NCBI GenBank assembly: GCA_003542385.1
Contig: DPKT01000351.1
Coordinates: forward strand, 1,178-46,272
DNA: 45,095 nt
DNA from: Desulfomicrobium sp.
GTDB lineage: Bacteria > Desulfobacterota > Desulfovibrionia > Desulfovibrionales > Desulfomicrobiaceae
Reading direction: 5' to 3'
Shown one piece after another: positions 42,301 to 45,095 of this stretch (position 1 is its first letter; each line of letters starts with the position of its first letter). Below the pieces are notes generated by a model that worked only from the letters and a program-made list of their open reading frames with translations, had not been told where the DNA came from and did not search any database. The position numbers and the translations under genes were made by a program.

Positions 42301-43076
42301 AGATGGTTGAAGTCTGACCAGGGGTCCGTGATCGGACTGCCCCACGCTCCGCCGGGGTATGCCAGCGTCGGATAGTACTGGGCGTCGCTGTTGTCCATCC
42401 AGTCCTGCATCTGTCCGACAACAAGGACATCGAATGCTTCCTGCCATTCGACAGCACCGCTGTCGTCCATATCCATGGCCGACAGCGCGAGTTCGGCCGA
42501 AGGGACAAATGCCCACCACAGTACCCCTTGATAACTGTAGTAGTAGTCTCCGCTAATCAGATGCCAGACATTGAGCGGGTCGGTCATGTCGAGGTGGACG
42601 CCGCTGCCGGGTTGGTGAACCAGCGGTGCGGTCCCGTCCCCGTCAGAGTCGTTGAAATCGTTGCCGAGGAACAATGTGCCTGGCATGTATTGCGCTTCCA
42701 GGAGGCCCGCCACCGGGGCATCTATTCCATCGATGCGTCCGTCCCCGTCTCGGTCCGCAACGTCGATCTTCAGAAGATCCTTGATTTCCGGCGTCACATA
42801 GGCGCCGGATTCGCCCGAGTCGGCGTCGAACCAGAGGACGCCCGGCACGGGATTTTCAAAGGAAGAGTCTTGGGTCACGACGTATTCTTGGAGACGGGAG
42901 GCCATTTCCGACAGGCCGTCGCCAATGGCTATCGAAACGCCCGGTATCAGATCGTCAGCCGAGAGAAGAACGCGCGGTTCAAGGACTTCGAGATGAACCT
43001 TTTGGCCTCGCTTCACGGCACTCTTTCTCGCCCTCGCGCTCTCGCTCTTCCAAATCTTCCGTAAAAACGAATTCAT
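24351..43076 (-). CDS. Giant (6241 aa) LEPRxLL-motif extracellular protein with RTX-like Ca-binding repeats, Calx-beta domains and a C-terminal metzincin-like domain
   Basis: Uninterrupted 18.7-kb ORF. Start MNSFLRK at 43076 with RBS GGGGAGG. LEPRVLLSA near the N-terminus, dozens of GGxGxDx(L/I)xG(DNG) repeats, two ISVSDASVxEGD Calx-beta units, HEFGHVLG. Very Asp/Gly-rich. Confidence 0.92.
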   Translation of the reverse strand: MNSFLRKIWKSESARARKSAVKRGQKVHLEVLEPRVLLSADDLIPGVSIAIGDGLSEMASRLQEYVVTQDSSFENPVPGVLWFDADSGESGAYVTPEIKDLLKIDVADRDGDGRIDGIDAPVAGLLEAQYMPGTLFLGNDFNDSDGDGTAPLVHQPGSGVHLDMTDPLNVWHLISGDYYYSYQGVLWWAFVPSAELALSAMDMDDSGAVEWQEAFDVLVVGQMQDWMDNSDAQYYPTLAYPGGAWGSPITDPWSDFNHLKWDGSSWVNKSVSEFLAELDTFLESGLQAPAALVSGHAYHSAYPSGQLLATNGESLVEVDIGTVTAHNLGPGFTLTMEDVKFVFNHDVVMDLGYQSDQLNISVGTEKPANSSGIAEPGLEATKIQVEAGVYFDDLIIGLQGYAAKTIPNPTPPPDTLALPDGTPTGPTDVHDFFITVPDGSLEIGVKAHHTGIVTDVNVGFLGTSTSTGEFLIDMGVDTLFHDPSHPDALGFVQTLPVMGTTGLLAGEVPEPENFILPSDVIFTLKIGLTATSPLSQIKITAASTQDNATLDDLIDDINDALADASPYDLSGLITAGKYYSGGEWRLKFSLPDADITPLGFSGNELYADPYETITATSAASMIGTTDVTPVSFLVSVDGALPILVTVTPTLFDDGNGDPSDDVVTLASLISDINAELRDSNLQFQMISPLFSYGVFARDNAGNIELYYRTSLLQPDAKSIEISRALILDAENVITYDELHSTSADNLLSNKAGWNTDDALQISLPLKVKAGLKDQFGMVYEPTATLKVNINPFTGFSMVEGEDEYDRPDFNLTNAAGKTLLQIRTDKADTDIDPADWSPGDTAWANMLDFTVINANSVLGGLSQLQSWLERLPESQLLANYQLPFAQAVMGDVLDFADVLEDALIIDDGDDGLQPKPGADDATDTGKLIAWLMDGDNANLVVTFDTAQELAARLVALPLGSDAINPRFHTGKSELTYDIRLSHPFEDVAVPADFSLDLSPLDGLFTESTLYVGVEGFLNTTLGFKLGSAAKAISAETTLDGTGGLNGDKGVTISDILAVTGVDDVSSYVGRLSADAIFEVTVTTAGGAVMMARVTVPKSLTDSNKTLENLLQDIDLALDAAKELDEFGNATANTLHLKADYGITAEAVGDRVRLITSDADVIGFSIDSTATSTAFTELGLQPEQAVTVSLTGATPASVQLTENKTFTVTLFEGLSSTTYSVTVLKTDTDGNRTVTDLVNDINLAFGRVDIGGGKTLLDRFVASRDGNQIVYGAIDPDVNFFRMEAQAAIQELGINWEWLQPLVATTDIVSADGHLTADQSFMLNVTYSDPSLDGVYGTITVFAADTADNDDIGDLVDDLNEALTDKGVGGRIVAAAEGQRIVLKAASASVINIVVLAGGSAGELGFTNSSYDSTAMSSAGVQLKGDKDIPSPYLGQLTDDISLGLSITTTSGTLNKTLNIDADATNGALPGTDPNAGISELVADLNAVISADIDLAGKILAQVSGQRIVLRAIDPSVLSFEVTAGAGALGIETGQTATADLSVLANKSAPLYYGPGGEATFTVSFTGGTLDGNAYTVKVGTVDPATGRADYLDNSSIYSLVSDMNRALSKAVLFDGDADPSNDVVVDLRPYVAASNDGYRMVLMQAAGAEIGTDYTGFSVEALSPTNPAATDLHLIPHPQLDPPDIDGVVEADSADLLIYTQNGHVYRVSLDDATNIGMVADRIYAQTDHLVTLEYDASGTAINLRDSSTGSSLFRVDTVNRSGAAISLGIFGADTTTVDETPDGLIEGQAIAAIKLADRVFVRNLGSEPFLDATVTVKAIDDPSTPEYDALSAKGAFGFVGVNLIGPFNPSVATPWMKTDDPATPDIDESLQAEPGAPQETLYTGDFASSIVYAGPPERTMTDLFKALTAEDSVTKAVLPGTIDELSAVISRPTFTGTADFGLLATLDGAISGMATPLNLGDGRIIVSLDNLGNAFAAPPFVTLGDPFGDYVLVEDFSFEVAIDGGVTRTVTVLADNTDGDNLDTGIGGGAANTSLADLVADFNYAIAKAKLDDYIVATSGSLKLQGASPFSGIRFTVTPLSGLPYWSTDAGIEALEKIGSFDPGLPTLDVLDSLGQHFETALGNLGDFQDIGFDQVMDAMDGLLGFLDEFDTTYDFFRTEIPFLGLSLDDVMDFVDRLRAAVEDIRQNPAGSLQMLAQKIRENFGLPDFSKELDPAAAMQAYFQQYGITDPASDVLKFAFATLDGDDILRIDLRLPVGFKKAIDVDLDLGDLAGVDLGPLSLQGAAGLGATGYVDARLAFGINLDTGEIYLYENDTSITGSFEAYSDTLTFNAALGPLGLFVTGGTARVDLGFEFSGGTDGWVDMAGAFEGFDLSGIADPVVNATLPLFFPTDSDYLGDIRFNPTISLSADGDFVFGNLIPYVPDLSSIDFSNLSLFDNVGLAIDALDLFMEQVQNFLYGEVFGIELPFIGDSLAAGGDFIENIRSQIIQPFRDIIANAPEVAGDFVQNFLFTILGPGGDVWDASDPAAFYAAFHSLPGLGKLVDPTDGSIVDWNAYNAGTVDKDTADDFITFTYLGEDTPTDWMDDQVQWDLRLGDRYTPDIDLGFDIGFPALGLESDAKLNLLLLWDLALGIGINRTDGAYIDIDNPRKLDIEGTTNDATDDIDISDELYLRADAWFNPGDRLSGKLAFLQVDVFSLGDGSPGDATGAYDEFRDRFKVDASWDNFDQQYWDAATQQLVNRPNGAGDSDVDETRLTAVFQVDLYNEDDTDEEKDEHLSFSELGKLRADVDLQVDAEVNLGLVAKFNEDIIPDAVSALIPQVGAQFVLDWSTGDLIGAENYDFSKMLELVEFRHVGIDMGSFLGDFLGPIVENIQDITEPLQPVIDFMTARIPVVSDLAGRTITLVDIAGLTGYVETGMIYAIADIISLVNSIPAEPGSLIVPIGSLSIIGPGSTDELKFNLTLPDFDLGSDSSGEGGFSLGDALGGFEDGLDTILDGIDTSGSTGATSSSVLNGTAPGAGSFGFPIFESPSEIFGLLLGRPATLITYDLPPFGLDFQWRQSFPVWGPFNVVLTIGAGVTVDLAFGYDTEGVARFVEGDFENPLDLLAGFFISDTDLPQGTGGTDVPELVLEGEVFAGAELNLGIASAGVEGGLILTVNFDLYDPDRDGKVRVDEMLGAFLYEARTGNPALAPVAIFDVYGDISAQLRAYIKALMFEYTFDITPKIVLFEFSIPFDREPILATERGDGALLLNIGANSGSRLNGDTDDFGEEIRVRSIGGGEVEVWGLGVPQSAAQVYKADHIIAYGGEGDDRIFLDLGTSGITYAIEGGSGDDIIEVTGGTGAGLIRGGLGNDSLIGGGGADVIYGEQGLDTIAGGAGNDILFGDGGTLVYENDGTTLKRLFVMPGSNDGDDHLLGDAGIDLLVGGGGNDWLEGGGDKDLLIGDGVNIQYASGALPSTVWTPDAAKAGMVGYDQFGYLTLRLTDTGTGGNDRLFGQDGADVMYGGYGYDLLQGGAGNDRMLGQTGMDTMYGGGGSDLMLGGAHDDIMFGYADAYATENADTVADGDPDSGDTIFGEDGNDYIRGQEGADRLYGDRGADIIFGDAGNDTIKGGINPDTIFGGADDDRIDGEAGNDIVFGDDGLVAFLEFYTTAQATELKADGVLRDVIEIGSLIRTDASGNRLIGDGGATVASLDALVGTFTDDGLKETLDLIVTEVDVDALDGDGTDGNDTINGGAGDDVVLGGAGNDWIGGDIAPADAGALPEINPIGDDVLIGDGGRIELFGRLNRMIMSIPDAESVGIDHIFGDNGNDIAFGGTSGDFIYGGHGSGRAPVVQIEGEDGEFYSPDKDILLGDNGVIELDFGIARRIYTSDVTDQDTPLTNTGGADLIEGNEADDIILGGVNGSPDSLFGNTGNDIILGDNGLLDFGLDPVALTGVEDIESPALEHAQTFYITRYSDTVPVKVTVPAGEYADMGALVAAINTALANAKSSEAVPKDVDLSGDIEALAEGNRITLARKDGSVMQSFLLAASVGNSLGFAPLQTGPDFGTLELIISQPYKVVDQATQTVDDSVILGGGDEISGNEGNDLLIGGVGEDTMYGDNASASSGDDDGEDIMLGDNARIELSGTDGRLLVFGTAVDLITTTDTEEATGGADTMSGNAGNDIMLGGVNNDDGDELNGFEKDLLYGDRALPNSTTIADDGDDIMLGDNGLLDFTYDPADYPGDEPGMADTDRMTLDLIRSFEDALGGIDVISGNKGLDVAIGGTAGDIIYGDDANASAGAADLGDLLIGDNADIFLVAAPLAPDSGFDLKLVLDAAVKTIRTTDCDDPDNTGGSDTISGNAGGDIIAGGVYGDTLYGDRLDPTTSGGKNTTLLDGDDIILGDNGAFEWLSTGRLFDVLGIDLEANNPALWAKYGAGTADTDLSTLDLVTTEQPNSGGRDLIYGDNGRDMMFGGTNADEMYGDDGDGVGAVNNNDLMFGDHGRLYPQFSALRAPGQDWRLAFNSRNFFAIDTGDTDGDPLTPNFGGEGDRMWGEEGDDGMLGQQGDDRMWGGSGNDDMTGGHNVSGGIDELSLTTISASLDGTGISTPAIDDVNDLMDGGTGDDAMAGDNAIVWRRGDDLSPRFRALTAPSIYTTSETAIIANLGSTWQSDPADAVGRDIELIDHADTTAAGLFGADVMAGGADNDVMFGQLANDLMQGDGYIGVNDEDDATITYMISVEDDVDPDEDLYFNIPEAATDGDDYLEGNGGGDLMYGGLGQDDIIGGSSALFGLTTEAMRPDASDVIFGGAGIDIGRNHIGDATEDGTTHVITTTAEGHARDADYIMGDNANVYRLVQGGASGTNPADAKDLFRTFNYDNYGTLKIIPRAMEQLDYHLGGADYNGGEYVNGAAKLEGQPADNGAADLIHGESGDDIIFGMTGSDVIFGEGQDDDIIGGYGNDWITGGTGQDGVLGDDGLILTSRNSTAGEPLNGIAGLLASDPRPKYADGNVLNEVIKTPGDIQYALINVSGELKKTMDLVPFSFDKTWLGNDDEFPDNQDNQPYADDIIFGGLGSDWLHGGSGDDAISGAEALMDAYVPTYDASGNPNGILNLGYGAVGLPATTNPGDVLAFNPLDGDGQHTNNRFRAGEFDLYDEYDPRRIILLTPQGELYKGTDGIEGVDYFQFLLNFNKDEGVLRPGGTVPKATGQQTETYPEVRDDGRDAIFGDLGNDWLVGGTGADDMYGGWGNDLLNADDNHDTNDGLNDIPDTHPFYQDRAYGGAGRDVLIGNTGGDRLIDWVGEYNSYLVPYAPFGAASVSRTLQPFLPEFLYALSAADGADFTRQGDETRNGEPEGEMGLVLQKDYAWQDQTGAPADPQAGNIPGGARDVLRSAGFNDGTSDAFFVDSGVWSVVSGRYQVAPTALGGDALSVFYVDEYIPSYFEMLATIRAVKPTGGYGANAYLIFDYQNSEDFKFAGINVSTSKLEIGYHDASGWHVLVQAPYTSSLKADTDYNVFLALNGSTATLRVNNKTTLTYTFAPRVDGYGIEHFLHEGMVGLGANNARAAIDNVVVQRIAPEMTSTQTVEFSSQAEFEGLFQTPVNGIADGGSLTLSAAPGGTAVDLADMRIAPASVLSLEAVLRTANQGGFVFDSYGPEDFKFVTLDVESDKILVGHSTAKGGIVIDAERSATLDAGTDYTLGITIAERTVSVTLDGGAALSFAFNALVTDGEFGLLARNGDVLFDRLVVRTDDPAYATPALPTISVSDASVTEGDGGQKTVEVTFTLSTEWDAPVTVAYATVAGTAQAGEDYLEQNGTVTFDPGETSRTVAFTVYGDDVVEPDETFTIELFDSENAVIADKAGLVTIVNDDAPAPTVPVISVSDASVLEGDKTNKTKVSVTISLSAATTDTVSVRLKTQDGTAWSGFDYVAADTAITFAPGETSKTYTLTVNGDKVAEFDETFDVVLSEAVGATIGDGTGVITIKNDDGTPLTADIPASGEMEGVVATETDLAPIVEAAIDLWAEALGEEAVAALHDVEFQVGDLSGQILGLTGNGTVFIDADAAGYGWFVDPTPLDDSEFTGGTAEGMDLLTAVMHEFGHVLGFRDVPAALDCLMSGTLEEGVRHLPSDLAMVTMPSAAKSSLFNFAPPSNGIPSGWIFEHGKFGDGGSHGWLDKILKRFRGRTAHDGLPSLITMTNGAALHNPVEGMDETAEMLVRLDLADATALPGDAVTERAQAWLGDFLLDGTGKAAPNSKIKIEM
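27230..33170 (-). repeat. RTX/hemolysin-type nonapeptide repeat region within the giant CDS (approximate limits)
   Basis: Many GGxGxDxLxG and GxDxxxGDNG units, visible as recurring gccgttgtcgcc / atgatgtcgtcgcc on the + strand. Confidence 0.85.
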
Positions 43077-43769
43077 GACCTCCCCCTTGCAATGAACCCC
43101 GCCATTGCTGCCCGCAATCACTCTGCTTCAAAAAATCTGGCGACATCGTGCTCCGATATTCCGCTGGCCGGCCGGGAATCCCGGTCCGACGCTCTGGTGC
43201 GCGGCATGGTTTGGGGCATGTGTCGTGTCTCCTGACTGAAATGATCGGAAATCTACCAGACGGCGCCGTTGGACTTGGATACGGAGACGGGAGAGGAGAG
43301 TTTGGCCTGTATTGTCAGGCGAATACAGATGGAAGAGGAAGAGTTTTGTCCGTAGTTAACAGATTTTTATAGTTTCCATACCGCTCTACAAAATATTCGT
43401 CAATAGGGTTTTCAGATTTTTTGTGTTTGGTCGAATCATTCAATACCTCTGGATAGATATAGTTCTGGTTGTATTTATAAACTGAGTAGTTACAGGTCAT
43501 ACATTTTTTGTATGACCTATGAATTTCTTGTCGCAAAATGGAATGGCGCAGGATTTAATTCTGGTTGTTACGTTTTATGGCAGGGATATGTGGCTGGCGA
43601 TGGGTAAAAATGAATTAGATGCATGCCGTGTTGGCATGACGTTACTGTTTATATTGTGTCAAGGACGTGTGACTTTTGTGTCTGCAAGGCATGTTTTCTG
43701 TGATATATGAGATTCATTGTGGATTGTTCACCCAGATTTTCTGCGGCCAGATGTGTTCAAAGAGCAGTG

Positions 43770-44204
43770 TCAAAGCTGGCTTGGATTTTTTTGCGGCTCG
43801 TTCTTTGACGGTGCGTTGGCCTGAAAGGCTATGCTGACGCTTCTGTTGTCAGTTCCTTTTCGGTTGTCGAGGACGAGATAGTAGTCGTCCAACTCTGGGA
43901 TGGTCACCGTGAAGGAAAGTTTCCTGTCCAGCCGGCCCATGAAGAGCGGCCGGGAGGAGCTGACATAGCCCTTGGTGTTGACCATGGCCACGACAATGCT
44001 TCCCGTGCTTTCAATTTGTACGTCGACGACGGCCCCCTTGGGCAGCGTCTTCAGGCGAATGGATTTGAACGTGCCCGGGGCGATTTCGATGTTGACCATG
44101 GCGGATGCGGCCAGTGACAAGGATGCTGATGCGAGCGCAAGGATGATCAGAATCACATGCGTTGTCTTGCTCATCAAGATTGCTTTCGTGCAGCGCAAAC
44201 TCAT
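43770..44204 (-). CDS. Hypothetical exported small beta-sandwich protein
   Basis: RBS GAGGA before MSLRC, signal-peptide-like VILIILALASASLSLA, GOLD/PPC-like motif FTVTIPELDDYYLVLDNR. Confidence 0.6.
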   Translation of the reverse strand: MSLRCTKAILMSKTTHVILIILALASASLSLAASAMVNIEIAPGTFKSIRLKTLPKGAVVDVQIESTGSIVVAMVNTKGYVSSSRPLFMGRLDRKLSFTVTIPELDDYYLVLDNRKGTDNRSVSIAFQANAPSKNEPQKNPSQL

Positions 44205-44560
44205 TTGTGTGTCCTCTGAACAGGTCTGTGCGGACAAATTGCCGACCTGACGTGTCGCATGGGCGGCTTGAGGCGTTGTCGCATACATAGACGGGTCGCC
44301 TTTTACGGGATGCTGCGACATTCCCTACAGCATAATCCGTGTGCAGGGAATGGGACCGCCGCAAGGAGTCCGGTTTTTTTCGAGGCACGTTGTACGCTCA
44401 AACCTTGCCACGGGAAATAATTCTGTCAGAGAAGAGATGAAATCCCATTCATTTGGGGCTCCACTTTTTCCCTATTGTTGGGTATGGTTTATCTCAAGCG
44501 GCATGCGCGCCGCCCGGCGGCGCTCGGTTTCGACTTTCAATCTTTCAGGAGGGAACACGA

Positions 44561-45095
44561 ATGCAGGCAAACAGGAACGACGGCGGCTGGAGCCCGTATC
44601 TGGCCGGGGCGCTGGTGGGCGTGCTGGCCATTCTTTCGGCCTACGCCACCACGGTCTGGCTGGGCAAGACGACCTATCTCGGCGCCTCGACGACCTTCGT
44701 GCGCGGGGCGGGCATCATCGAGAAGCAGGTCGTGCCGGAACGCGCGGAGGCCAACGAATATTTCACCAAGGAAAAGGTCAGGGTCGACTGGCAGTTCATG
44801 CTGGTGCTGGGCATCTTCGCCGGCGCGTTCATCGCGTCGTCCACGGACAAAAGCTTCAAGCTCGAAGGCGTGCCCCCGGTCTGGAGGGAGCGCTTCGGCC
44901 CGTCGGTGGGCAAGCGGGCCGCAGCCGCCTTTCTCGGCGGCGTCGTGGCCATGTTCGGGGCGCGCATGGCCGACGGCTGCCCCAGCGGCCACGGCCTGAG
45001 CGGCATGATGCAGCTCTCGGTCAGCGCCTTCGCGGCCCTGGCCATGTTCTTCGGGGTCGGCATCGTCGTGGCGGCGATGGTCTACGGGAGGAGGA
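44561..45095 (+). CDS. YeeE/YedE family sulfur-compound transporter (runs off the window; absent from the ORF track)
   Basis: Read by hand from ATG 44561 (RBS AGGAGG): MQANRNDGGWSPYLAGALVG...LGASTTF...DWQFMLVLG...FGARMADGCPSGHGLSG. Confidence 0.88.
   Translation, partial: MQANRNDGGWSPYLAGALVGVLAILSAYATTVWLGKTTYLGASTTFVRGAGIIEKQVVPERAEANEYFTKEKVRVDWQFMLVLGIFAGAFIASSTDKSFKLEGVPPVWRERFGPSVGKRAAAAFLGGVVAMFGARMADGCPSGHGLSGMMQLSVSAFAALAMFFGVGIVVAAMVYGRR

Noticed and set aside
24351-43076. RTX pore-forming toxin, MARTX or CdiA
   Set aside because: No acyltransferase gene, TPS domain, recognisable effector domains or immunity gene. The domain content is adhesin-like.
43077-43320. c-di-GMP riboswitch upstream of the giant adhesin gene
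   Set aside because: Looked for the GEMM hallmarks (GGCAAAC...GAAA...GACGCAAAG) on the minus strand and did not find them.
43315-43710. Small ORFs (73 and 63 aa) in the AT-rich region
   Set aside because: No clear RBS, atypical composition and no motifs. More likely non-coding regulatory DNA.

Overview
High-GC bacterial window whose gene content (hcp, YeeE, sigma-54 two-component system, hemerythrin-GGDEF) suggests an anaerobic Desulfobacterota, probably Desulfovibrionales-like (inference). The left part (1-16.6 kb) holds an ABC ATPase, a CBS-HPP-hcp nitrosative-stress cluster, an AlgB/KinB-like sigma-54 system with a Trk/Ktr K+ uptake operon, an acyl-CoA thioesterase, a TerC gene under a yybP-ykoY (Mn2+) riboswitch, a GGDEF-hemerythrin protein and a hybrid PAS kinase. 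The main feature (16.8-43.1 kb, minus strand) is a ~6240-aa acidic protein with an N-terminal LEPRxLL motif, RTX-like repeats, Calx-beta domains and a C-terminal metzincin-like domain. It is followed by a five-gene module: DUF3467, GAF-MFP, PqqD/RRE-M50 peptidase-MFP fusion, C-terminally truncated SecA paralog, and a periplasmic MFP. This looks like a non-canonical, SecA-powered, type-I-like export system with no ABC transporter and no outer-membrane channel inside the window. A YeeE/YedE gene runs off the right edge. No rRNA, tRNA, CRISPR array or transposase was seen.
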